Part shown: positions 21,040-30,268 of the stretch, one piece after another
How positions within the stretch are numbered: position 1 is the stretch's first letter
Layout of the letters: every line of letters begins with the position of its first letter
Assembly (NCBI GenBank): GCA_965226055.1
Contig: CBDDCA010000006.1
Span: forward strand, 224,001 to 288,000
Direction of reading: 5' to 3'
DNA length: 64,000 nucleotides
From: Spirochaetia bacterium
GTDB lineage: Bacteria; Spirochaetota; Spirochaetia; WTKD01; G963693115
Position numbers and translations under genes: made by a program
The notes under the pieces: generated by a model
The model's database searches: none
Told to the model about the DNA's origin: nothing
What the model saw: only the letters and a program-made list of their open reading frames with translations

Positions 21040-21393
21040 ATGGAAGAAGAAACACAAGAAATAACTCCATTGGAAACTAATCTACCAAGTAATAATAGCA
21101 ATACATTGAGTGATACACTATTGGGGGTAACTGGTGTGCTAATGAATGCATGGGTGCAACACAACATCGCAAAAGAACAGTTATACATTTGGAAACAATT
21201 CCAACAAGAACAACTTCTAAAAGAGCAAGAATTTAAGGAAAGATTACGACAAGAAAAATTAAGACTAAAACAAACCAGAGAGGAAAATAAGCATAAGCAA
21301 AAACAACTGGACACTATAGTAGATGCTATCAAATCACTAGAAGACGAAGAAGTTAAAAAAATACTCATAGAAAAAATTATGAAAGATATGTAG
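21040..21393 (+). CDS. Hypothetical coiled-coil protein
   Basis: 117-aa ORF, AAGGAG RBS, Q/E/K-rich helix. Confidence 0.7.
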   Translation: MEEETQEITPLETNLPSNNSNTLSDTLLGVTGVLMNAWVQHNIAKEQLYIWKQFQQEQLLKEQEFKERLRQEKLRLKQTREENKHKQKQLDTIVDAIKSLEDEEVKKILIEKIMKDM

Positions 21394-21561
21394 CTCAATG
21401 ATCGATTATAACACCAAAGATTTCAGCAATATTCAAAAAAATGAAGGTATTTTCTTAGACTATTGTTATTAATCATTTATGGTTGTAGTTTATATGATAT
21501 AATTATACTTGTACATATACCTAGATATAGATTACAAAACTATATAAGGAGCATAACAGTC

Positions 21562-22173
21562 ATGAGTAAAATAGATTATAAAAAAGAGTGGTCTCACCTG
21601 TACCGACCGTCTACAAAAGAGGCGAGTATAGTCAATGTCCCTGCTATGAACTATTTAATGATCGACGGTGAAGGAAATCCGAACATAGTGCAGTCTTTTC
21701 AAGATGCAGTGAATGTGTTGTTTCCACTTTCGTACACGCTAAAATTTATGGCAAAGAACGGAACGCTTGGCAAGGACTATGCAGTGATGCCGTTAGAAGG
21801 ACTGTGGTGGTCTGAGGATATATCTTCATTTAGTATGGAAAACAAAGGTGATTGGAAATGGACTTTGATGATTATGCAGCCGCCATTTATTAGCTTGAAA
21901 ATGATTGAAGAAGCAAAAGAGCAAATTCAAATAAAAAAGAATCCTAGTGCCTTACCTTTGGTGTATTTTGAATCCTTAGAAGAAGGCAAAGCCGCACAGA
22001 TAATGCACTTAGGCCCCTTTTCTACAGAAGGATCAACGGTGGCAAAACTCCATGATTTTATTGAACATAGCGGACATCAAAGACGAGATAAGCACCATGA
22101 AATATATCTAAAGGATATGAGAAAATCTGTGCCAGAAAACTGGACAACCATTATCCGTCATCCGATAGTATAG
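21562..22173 (+). CDS. GyrI-like small-molecule-binding domain protein
   Basis: KIDYKKE, YLMIDGEGNPN, VMPLEGLWW, WKWTLMIMQP, MHLGPF, HHEIYL; start at ATG 21562 after AAGGAG. Confidence 0.9.
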   Translation: MSKIDYKKEWSHLYRPSTKEASIVNVPAMNYLMIDGEGNPNIVQSFQDAVNVLFPLSYTLKFMAKNGTLGKDYAVMPLEGLWWSEDISSFSMENKGDWKWTLMIMQPPFISLKMIEEAKEQIQIKKNPSALPLVYFESLEEGKAAQIMHLGPFSTEGSTVAKLHDFIEHSGHQRRDKHHEIYLKDMRKSVPENWTTIIRHPIV

Positions 22174-22398
22174 TACTGATTCAAGCATTACATATGACAA
22201 AGGAGAAAAAGAACAGAAAAATAAAAAACTAAAAATAAGTATAATTATTCTATGAAACGCTACATAATAGGTACTATACTTTTTTTTATGACATTTATAC
22301 TGTTTTATTATGCTAATAAGCTAGTTATGGGATTACTCATAGAGTAAATACTCAAACTATGTCAATACATTTCTCTCTTATAGTTATAATATAATTAT

Positions 22399-23490
22399 AT
22401 GAAAACATTAAAAAATTCTATTGATACAAAAATACTAGAAACACGTAACAAAGAACGCTTAAAAGACAAAAATGATCCTCGTGGGATGTATTTTAGAGAT
22501 GCCACTGCTATTATTCATAGCACCCCTTTTCGAAGATTAAAGAAAAAAACACAAGTTTTTTTTGCTCCTAGTAATGACCACATTTGCACTCGATTAGAAC
22601 ATGTGTTACATGTTGCTACTATTGCTGTATCTATCTGTAAAGGACTTCACTTAAATAGTGACTTAGCGTGGGCAATAGGATTAGGACATGATCTAGGACA
22701 TACCCCTTTTGGACATCTCGGAGAATCAATACTGAACGATTTTAGCACCCACTCTTTTTGTCATGAACTTCATTCTTTACGGGTAGTTGACACATTATAC
22801 GCACTAAATCTCTGTTATGCAGTTCGTGATGGTATAGTAAGTCATTGCGGAGAAAAATTTGAACAAAAAATCAACCCTACGCATCAAGCAAACGATATAG
22901 CAGCGTATCAAGACAGAAGTCATTATCCTGCAACCTACGAAGGATGTATAGTACGCATGGCAGATAAAATAGCGTACCTTGGAAGAGATTATGAAGATGC
23001 AATAAAACTCGGCATCATCCCATCAAATACACTCCCTGTTAATGTTACCCGCATTTTTGATCATGAAAATAACTCCAATATTATCAATACTTTCGCAAAA
23101 GATCTTATACAATACACACGTCAAACTGGAGAAGTAGGATTTTCCAACGAAGTATTTGAAGCACTTGTTTCCTTTAAGGAATTTAATTACACACGCATCT
23201 ATAAAAGTGACTATATTCTTGAACAACGAGAAAAAGTCACTCACCTTCTAAAAGTTATACTTGCATTTCTTATTGAAGAAGTCACAAAAAATACCTCCAA
23301 CGAATCTGCGTACCTTAACTCAAAATTGCATATCATAAAAGGACTAGGAAACCATCTTATAAAGTATGGAAATCTCTATAACCTCGACAATACAGAAGAG
23401 CAAAAAATTTTTATTATTGATTATGTAGCAAGTATGACTGATGATTATGTAATAAAAACAAGTAAAGAAGTACTATACCCTCTTACCTAA
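22399..23490 (+). CDS. HD-domain dNTP triphosphohydrolase (dGTPase-like)
   Basis: FRRLKKKTQVF, TRLEH, GHDLGHTPFGHLGE, ADKIAY, DYVASMTD. Confidence 0.92.
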   Translation: MKTLKNSIDTKILETRNKERLKDKNDPRGMYFRDATAIIHSTPFRRLKKKTQVFFAPSNDHICTRLEHVLHVATIAVSICKGLHLNSDLAWAIGLGHDLGHTPFGHLGESILNDFSTHSFCHELHSLRVVDTLYALNLCYAVRDGIVSHCGEKFEQKINPTHQANDIAAYQDRSHYPATYEGCIVRMADKIAYLGRDYEDAIKLGIIPSNTLPVNVTRIFDHENNSNIINTFAKDLIQYTRQTGEVGFSNEVFEALVSFKEFNYTRIYKSDYILEQREKVTHLLKVILAFLIEEVTKNTSNESAYLNSKLHIIKGLGNHLIKYGNLYNLDNTEEQKIFIIDYVASMTDDYVIKTSKEVLYPLT

Positions 23491-24483
23491 ATGTAAAAAA
23501 CGCTTATACTGTCTCCTCTTTAGTACATGCAACTGATAGAGATTATATAAAAATAAGCTCAATAAAAATTCACTTGATATAGCAAAAGATTCTCGTATCT
23601 CTGCCTCACAATTTACAGCAAGCACAAATATATCTTGCATTATTTGCAAACTCATATCTTCAAGAAACAGCTTAAATGGTTCTTGACGTGATATACCTCG
23701 TATATTTAGTGAATCACAGGCTTGCTTAAACCCTATTCCTTGTTCCTTTTTGAGCATAATTTGTAAAGCATTTTTTAGCTGATATAAAATTCCTCCAAAT
23801 ATACTCTGACTTTTTTCTCCTGCTTCAATCATGGTTTTTATATCATTACATGCATTATTATAATCTCGTTTTGCTATAGCATGAAATAAAGTAAAAGCAT
23901 TTTCTTTCTTATAATGAGTAAACCAAGATTCAATATGAGTAGAACGAATAGGATTAGTAGGATGTTGTTGTACAAAATTATAAATTTGCTGTAAAAAATT
24001 ATCCAGTTCAGCAAGATTTTCAGCAACAAAATATTGCAGTACATCAATAGCATCGCGTGTAAAATGTAACCCTTTATCTTGAATGTTTTTTATCAGATAC
24101 CGAAAATACTCATCATCACGTAAAGGCCAAAAAATTTTCTTTTGCGTTGTATCAACAATATCTAAATCACGATGAATCTTTACTTCATCTGAGATCATTA
24201 TAATAAAACAATCTACACTTTTTTGTAAATGCTGGCCTAGTATGCGAGCATCATTGACAGAAAGCTCATTTATTTGCTTTATCACTATCCCTCGTTCACT
24301 TTCAAACAAAGAGGGAGTGGAGATATAATCACATATCTGTTCAATAGTATCAAAGCCACAAATAAATAGCTTAAAGCGATCTATATTCTTATTTTTTCTT
24401 ATAATCAGAGATTTTAAGTTTTGAAAAAATTCATTTTTTTTCCCTAGTTCTGGCCCTAACAGCAACCAAATATTATTCTTCAT
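23473..24483 (-). CDS. holA: DNA polymerase III delta subunit
   Basis: WLLLGPELGKK N-terminus, PSLF, KKIFW, ENAFTLF; start placed at ATG 24483. Confidence 0.8.
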   Translation of the reverse strand: MKNNIWLLLGPELGKKNEFFQNLKSLIIRKNKNIDRFKLFICGFDTIEQICDYISTPSLFESERGIVIKQINELSVNDARILGQHLQKSVDCFIIMISDEVKIHRDLDIVDTTQKKIFWPLRDDEYFRYLIKNIQDKGLHFTRDAIDVLQYFVAENLAELDNFLQQIYNFVQQHPTNPIRSTHIESWFTHYKKENAFTLFHAIAKRDYNNACNDIKTMIEAGEKSQSIFGGILYQLKNALQIMLKKEQGIGFKQACDSLNIRGISRQEPFKLFLEDMSLQIMQDIFVLAVNCEAEIRESFAISSEFLLSLFLYNLYQLHVLKRRQYKRFLHLGKRV

Positions 24484-24742
24484 TTGCAAATTTATTATCA
24501 AATAATAACGCTAGCTTTTCTGTTACCTGTGCTTCATCTTCTCCTACCGCTTGAATAATAAGCTCTGTGCCAAAACCAGCTCCTAATGTGAGTACTCCCA
24601 TAATTGATTTTGCATTTATCAAATTACCTTCTCTTCCGATATACACTTCAGAGTTGTATATTGCACATGTCTTCACAATGAGAGAAGATGGTCTCGCATG
24701 AAGCCCTGCTTTATTTTTAACTGTAACTGTTATTTTTACCAT
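24473..24742 (-). CDS. ptsH: Phosphocarrier protein HPr
   Basis: GLHARPSS (His15) and NAKSIMG (Ser46). Confidence 0.95.
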   Translation of the reverse strand: MVKITVTVKNKAGLHARPSSLIVKTCAIYNSEVYIGREGNLINAKSIMGVLTLGAGFGTELIIQAVGEDEAQVTEKLALLFDNKFANEE

Positions 24743-25680
24743 AAAAATGGATCCTCTTTTCCATGATACCCCATTAGGCGTATTCTGTGTTGTAAAGTAG
24801 CAACTTCTATAAGCATAGAAATATTACGACCAGGTTTTACTATCATTTCTATATTCGGTAGCGAAATCCCTAAAATATCAACAGTCTTATTTTCTCCCAA
24901 CCTATCAACTTTTTTTTCATAACTAAAACCTACACTTTGATCAAGCAATGTTATAACCAAACTCAGTACCTTTTTATCAATAGTTGAGCTTATACCAAAA
25001 ATCTGTGCAATATTTATGATACCTATCCCTCGTATTTCAATATGATGTTTATACTGGCTTGAAGTTTTAATAGCTTGTCCTTGTATATAATTTCCTTCAA
25101 TCTTCTGTAACTCCACCACATCATCTGCAACTAACCGATGCGAATCTTTTTCAAGCAATTCCAATGCTACTTCACTTTTTCCAACACCACTTTTCCCTTG
25201 AATAAGTACTCCTATATCAAACACTTCAAGAAAAGTACCATGCACATGTTTTTTTTCAGAAAAAAGAATAGTAAGAATTCTAAATAACACAACATTTAGC
25301 TCATATGTCAATAAATCACTTAGTAGAAGGGGACAATTATGTTCTTCACAAATATCTATAAAGGTCTGTGGTATAGATACATTCTTAGCATTTGGCACAA
25401 TACAACAAGGAATAGTATGCTGAAACAATGCATCAAGCACCTTGCGTATCATTCCTTTGCTCTCCATATCTCGCAAATATGCAATTTCTCCCCTTCCAAA
25501 CAGTTGTATTCTCTGCTCTCCAAACTCATAGAAATTCTGAGTTAACGAAAGGCCAGGACGATTGATTGCATTTACTACTTCGTTATGCAACCCTTTATGA
25601 CCAGATATACAAATAAGAGACAAATTAAACTCTTTTTTCGGAGCTTCTCGTAAAATATCAATAACTCTTGGATTAGTCAT
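24736..25680 (-). CDS. hprK: HPr(Ser) kinase/phosphorylase
   Basis: INRPGL, Walker A GKSGVGKSE, LVADD, EIRGIGII, PGRN; start probably ATG 25680 overlapping the rpoN stop. Confidence 0.93.
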   Translation of the reverse strand: MTNPRVIDILREAPKKEFNLSLICISGHKGLHNEVVNAINRPGLSLTQNFYEFGEQRIQLFGRGEIAYLRDMESKGMIRKVLDALFQHTIPCCIVPNAKNVSIPQTFIDICEEHNCPLLLSDLLTYELNVVLFRILTILFSEKKHVHGTFLEVFDIGVLIQGKSGVGKSEVALELLEKDSHRLVADDVVELQKIEGNYIQGQAIKTSSQYKHHIEIRGIGIINIAQIFGISSTIDKKVLSLVITLLDQSVGFSYEKKVDRLGENKTVDILGISLPNIEMIVKPGRNISMLIEVATLQHRIRLMGYHGKEDPFLW

Positions 25681-26986
25681 TTTGTAATAATTTCCTGTAT
25701 TTTGCAACTGTTCTTCTTGCTACAACAAGACCTTGTTTTTCTAACTGTTCACTTATCATCCTATCAGATAAATGTTTTTTTCCTTTATATTGTGCTACTA
25801 TATTCGCAATACTTTCAATAACTTTAGAAGAAAATACTTTTTGTACTTCATCTCGCTGTGTAAAAAACTTTTGCAAAGGAAGCAATCCTTGTGGAGTTTC
25901 AACAAATTTACGCCCCACTATACGAGACACAGTAGATATATGTACCTGCAATATCTCTGCAACCTCCTTTTGAGAAAGTGGGAGTAAATCTTTTGTTTTA
26001 GAAAGCAAAAAATCTTTTTGCATATTTACTACATATATTACTACTTTTTCAAAAATATATTCTCTATACCGCAACCCTTCTATAAATTGTTCGGCATTTC
26101 TTATCATTTCTTCTGCTGCTTTTTTGGTTTCTTTATCCTCTTTTGTTGTCAATCTACTGATATCTTCACTCACAGTGAGGACTGGAATAATATCATTGTT
26201 TACTTCTACTCGGAGAGTTTCTCCTTCTACCCTCACAACTGCATCTGGTACAATAGCATCATGTATTTTATACGATTGATGCATATAAATATATCCAGGA
26301 TAAGGAGTTACATAATGAAGTACTTGTTGAAGTATCTTATCATTTTGAAATTTCTGTACAAAATCTTGCTCTATGGAAGGATTCATATTTTGATGATATA
26401 ACAAAGCACAATACTCTTCTAATTTCTGTTTTTCTTCATCACTAAGAGATAACTGCTCTGCTTGTAATAAAATACTTTCACTTTCGTTCCAGACAGCACA
26501 ACCAACAGGGCTTAACAGCTGAACAATTTTCTGCACCTTAGTAATATTAGTTTCATTCGCTCCATCAATCACCCGACACAGAAACAATGGATCATCACAC
26601 AAAAAACCACGATCGTCTAAATTATCAATGATCATCTCACCTATCTCTATGGCAGTATCATCTAAATTTTCCATATGCAGCTGCCATTTTAAGTGTTCTG
26701 CAAGCGTTTTAGGGGCTTCCAGTAAGTTCTCAAGTTCAATGGTAAATGAATTTCCCGTTGTCGAAATTATTGTTGGGCCATTAAATTTTTCACTTTCAAG
26801 ATATTCAAGACTTGTATACTGAGGTTCTAGCTCTATATCAAGTGCAGGATTGTTCTGAACCTCTTTTAAGATTTCTTCTCGTAATTGTAAAACAGGGTAA
26901 GTAAGCAAAGACAATTTTTGAAGCATCACCGAAGACATTACCATGCCCTGTGATAATTTCTGTGATTGCTGTAATGTATGTTCCAT
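25673..26986 (-). CDS. rpoN: RNA polymerase sigma-54 factor
   Basis: NPALD, LDDRGFL, STVSR, RpoN box ARRTVAKYR. Confidence 0.93.
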   Translation of the reverse strand: MEHTLQQSQKLSQGMVMSSVMLQKLSLLTYPVLQLREEILKEVQNNPALDIELEPQYTSLEYLESEKFNGPTIISTTGNSFTIELENLLEAPKTLAEHLKWQLHMENLDDTAIEIGEMIIDNLDDRGFLCDDPLFLCRVIDGANETNITKVQKIVQLLSPVGCAVWNESESILLQAEQLSLSDEEKQKLEEYCALLYHQNMNPSIEQDFVQKFQNDKILQQVLHYVTPYPGYIYMHQSYKIHDAIVPDAVVRVEGETLRVEVNNDIIPVLTVSEDISRLTTKEDKETKKAAEEMIRNAEQFIEGLRYREYIFEKVVIYVVNMQKDFLLSKTKDLLPLSQKEVAEILQVHISTVSRIVGRKFVETPQGLLPLQKFFTQRDEVQKVFSSKVIESIANIVAQYKGKKHLSDRMISEQLEKQGLVVARRTVAKYRKLLQND

Positions 26987-27017
26987 TAATGTTTCCTATA
27001 ATGCTTATATTTCAAAA

Positions 27018-28103
27018 CTACTGCAACGACGCTTCTCCAGTCATATACCATGTTACTTGATCCTTAAACGATTCCTGTGTCGGACGAAACTTAATTCCTA
27101 AAGTTTCTTGTATTTTACTTGAATTTACCCGTAAACAACTTCGCAATACTTTCACTGATCCTGTCGTAAATATAGGATGTCCTCCAAAGCACATTGACCA
27201 AAACTCAAATACAATACCTATTCCATACATAATCCATAAAGGTATCTTAAAAAACGGCTTCGGTATATTGCTTACTTCTTGTAATGTTTTCATCATAGTA
27301 TGCACAGAAACATACTCCCCTGCCGCTATATAATAATTACTATCTTCTCGTTTATTTACTAACATAATTGTAGCATTCGCAACATCCCTAACATCAACAA
27401 AACAAAATCCTCCTTTCGCTGGATATGCTCCTAACCTTCTTTTAAGATACATTTTTACCATATTCCCTATATCCGATGTTCCTTCATCAAAAGGACCTAT
27501 AATCCCTCCAGGACTAACAATGCTGACAGAACATTCATGCTCTTGTTTATACAATGCACCAAAAGAATATACCATTTGTGATGCAATAGCCTTACTTTTT
27601 CCATAAGGAATAAGTGCACACTCAGGATGAAATCCCTCCATTTCATCATGCACTCCTTCGTGTACCTTTCCCATAGCTTCTACTGAGCTAATATAGACTA
27701 ACTTTTTTATCCCCAACTTTTTACACACAGTAAGGACATTCTTCGTGCCTTCTATATTTACTTTAGCCAACTGCTTTTTTTGATAATTTACAATAGAAAC
27801 AAATGATGCCGCATGTATTATTCCATCAACTCCCTCACATAAACGCTCTACATCTTCAATCACACTAACATCACCATCAACAATACTGATATATTTATCA
27901 GCTTGAAACAACTCTCTATTTCTAGAAGAATGACGTAGAAGACGCACATAATAATTTTGTTCCCTCAGCTTTCTTACAATTACCGAACCTAAAAAACCAA
28001 AGCCTCCTGTTACTGCAATACACTTTTTTTTATTTTTTGTTGCTGATTTTTTTGTAGTATGTGTGCTACTCGTTTTAGCATTTTTTATTTCTTTTGTTCT
28101 CAT
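27018..28103 (-). CDS. Extended SDR, NAD-dependent epimerase/dehydratase (3beta-HSD/DFR-like)
   Basis: VTGGFGFLG, HAAS, VNIEGTKNV, YISS, YGKSK catalytic motif. Confidence 0.85.
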   Translation of the reverse strand: MRTKEIKNAKTSSTHTTKKSATKNKKKCIAVTGGFGFLGSVIVRKLREQNYYVRLLRHSSRNRELFQADKYISIVDGDVSVIEDVERLCEGVDGIIHAASFVSIVNYQKKQLAKVNIEGTKNVLTVCKKLGIKKLVYISSVEAMGKVHEGVHDEMEGFHPECALIPYGKSKAIASQMVYSFGALYKQEHECSVSIVSPGGIIGPFDEGTSDIGNMVKMYLKRRLGAYPAKGGFCFVDVRDVANATIMLVNKREDSNYYIAAGEYVSVHTMMKTLQEVSNIPKPFFKIPLWIMYGIGIVFEFWSMCFGGHPIFTTGSVKVLRSCLRVNSSKIQETLGIKFRPTQESFKDQVTWYMTGEASLQ

Positions 28104-28143
28104 ATGTATGAAAATACCTCTTTACTTTCATTGTACACCATAA

Positions 28144-29025
28144 CTACATAATAAATGGAATAATTGCTTTTCGATTTTTTGGATAATCAGAAAAAGTATT
28201 GCGATACCATGTAAGATTAGCAAAAGCACGTGGCACTAAATTTGCCATAGTAAACAGTGCAAAAGCTACTCCAGCAATAGACCATGTCAATAAAGCCCAT
28301 CCCCACCATTGTAGTATCTCACCAAAATAATTTGGTGAAGCTACATATGTATGTAAAAATCGTTGTGGAATTCCATACCCATTATGTGAAACTTTTTTCA
28401 TCCGTCTCAGTTCTCTATCACTTTGTACATGTATATAAAATCCAATAAAAAACAACACTATTCCCACGATCGATGTAGGAGAAACAAGAAAAGAATATAT
28501 GAGGTTTGCATCCACAAGAAACTGAGGGCTTTGAGATGATCTCTGAAAAAACAGAAACCATCCATTTATGTACCCATTTATTATATTAAACAATAATCCC
28601 ATAAAAGGAACATAGAATCTAAATTCATTTTTTTTATTATCAAACAAATATGTGAAAATAAAAGTCCTATAGAGATAATGAAATTCCCAAATAAAAATAA
28701 AAATAGCAAAGCCTAAAAATACAAGCATATCAACACGCCCAGTAACAAGCCCAATAATACCTACATCACTTATACACCACAAAATAAAAATAGTAAGTAC
28801 AGCAGGAATTTCCATAATAAGCCATCCTGTCCTTTTCGATAACAATGGAAATGAGAGTTTTTTTGACATACTCTTTTGTACCTGTGCTTTCCCTCCCTTT
28901 AAGGGCAGTGTATGTACATGCCTTCCGTACGGAGCGGTTATAAAAAACAATGAAATAAAAATAACAGGAGAAAGAATAAACATACTATGTAACAATACAG
29001 AGGCAATTACATCAAACATACTCAT
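28144..29025 (-). CDS. 3-oxo-5-alpha-steroid 4-dehydrogenase (steroid 5-alpha-reductase, SRD5A-like)
   Basis: APYGRH, GWLIMEIPA, HYLYRTFIF, HVQSD, YGIP, SPNYFGEILQW, NLVPRA, YPKNRKAIIPF; multiple TM segments. Confidence 0.9.
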   Translation of the reverse strand: MSMFDVIASVLLHSMFILSPVIFISLFFITAPYGRHVHTLPLKGGKAQVQKSMSKKLSFPLLSKRTGWLIMEIPAVLTIFILWCISDVGIIGLVTGRVDMLVFLGFAIFIFIWEFHYLYRTFIFTYLFDNKKNEFRFYVPFMGLLFNIINGYINGWFLFFQRSSQSPQFLVDANLIYSFLVSPTSIVGIVLFFIGFYIHVQSDRELRRMKKVSHNGYGIPQRFLHTYVASPNYFGEILQWWGWALLTWSIAGVAFALFTMANLVPRAFANLTWYRNTFSDYPKNRKAIIPFIM

Positions 29026-29033
29026 ACTACAAT

Positions 29034-30215
29034 TTACAAAACTTCTTCATTTATATACGATAAATACTGTGTATTAGACTTAAAAAAAGTATCTCTTAAC
29101 TCTTTTGCTTTTCTTAATGATACATTACTTCTTTGTAGATACAACATTTCTTCTTCTATCTTTTGCATACGATTTTCACTTACCGATTGTTTTATTAGAT
29201 CTTGAGCATATTCTTCTTGTAAACATAACAGCAAAGCAATATCACTGTCAGTATATGCTTGAAATATCGTTTGAAGAATACTGCTTGGCAACTTAAACAG
29301 TAGCTTCCAGTTCATAATTTTTTCTTCAATACCCATCTTTAATTCTTTGTCTTGTATAGTATCTATAAGCTGTTTTTGTTGTGAAAAAGGCATATGCGAT
29401 AAAATTTCCATCAACGCATCCACTCCACCTGTACTGACAGTGGTCTTCTTATGTTCTTCATTTTTCTTTAGTTTATCCTTTAGTACATTTCGAATAGTTT
29501 GACAGGCTTGAATATTAGGGAGCTTTCGTTTCGCAATATAGAGTATTACTTCACCCCTCTGCTCTTCGGACAGCATAGTCAAAAGAGCTGCAGATTTTGA
29601 TGATTCCATAACTTCCATTACAAAACTGATAATAGGGACGCTTTCAGTATTGATAACCGCATAAATTTCTTTTGTTGTGTACCTGTGCAAAAAAGAAAAA
29701 TCATCAGATAACTGTGAATGAACAAGCTTACGCATAAGATATGCTGCTTTTTTATCACCATATGCAGTACGATAGAGCGCTTTGATAACCTCAAGACTTG
29801 AATGATCATCAGCTATAATACGCAAAAAAGACTCCGATTCCATTTTTTCTGATGAAGGATTTAGTGATACAGTATCAGTACCCAAACCATGCAGTAGAGT
29901 GTCAGTGTGCATATCTTTCTGCTTCTGTACACGAGAAAGAATCTGTGGCGAAGCATGAGGATGTGATTGCTTATATGCATCAATAAAACGAGATATATCT
30001 TTTTCAGTAACAGTAGTATCATTATTTTTTTGAGATACCGACAGATCTTTTTTAAGTATCTGAGACAAATTAAAACGTATATGCCCATACTGACATAATG
30101 CTTCTCCTACTTTTAATGCTTGATACTCATTAAGATGTTTCAATACCTCTGCTGCTTTCATAGGTGATAGAGAAAGAAATGTTGCTGCTATTTTCTGTTT
30201 CGTAAGCGTATCCAT
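29034..30215 (-). CDS. fliG: Divergent FliG-like flagellar switch protein (FliG1-type)
   Basis: QKIAATFLSL..KAAEVLKHL N-terminus, ESVPIIS, GGVDALMEILSHM, C-terminal domain pattern. Confidence 0.7.
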   Translation of the reverse strand: MDTLTKQKIAATFLSLSPMKAAEVLKHLNEYQALKVGEALCQYGHIRFNLSQILKKDLSVSQKNNDTTVTEKDISRFIDAYKQSHPHASPQILSRVQKQKDMHTDTLLHGLGTDTVSLNPSSEKMESESFLRIIADDHSSLEVIKALYRTAYGDKKAAYLMRKLVHSQLSDDFSFLHRYTTKEIYAVINTESVPIISFVMEVMESSKSAALLTMLSEEQRGEVILYIAKRKLPNIQACQTIRNVLKDKLKKNEEHKKTTVSTGGVDALMEILSHMPFSQQKQLIDTIQDKELKMGIEEKIMNWKLLFKLPSSILQTIFQAYTDSDIALLLCLQEEYAQDLIKQSVSENRMQKIEEEMLYLQRSNVSLRKAKELRDTFFKSNTQYLSYINEEVL

Positions 30216-30268
30216 GGTAGTGTTATAATTAGTATAACAAAATTATTTATTTGAAGTATACTAAACAT

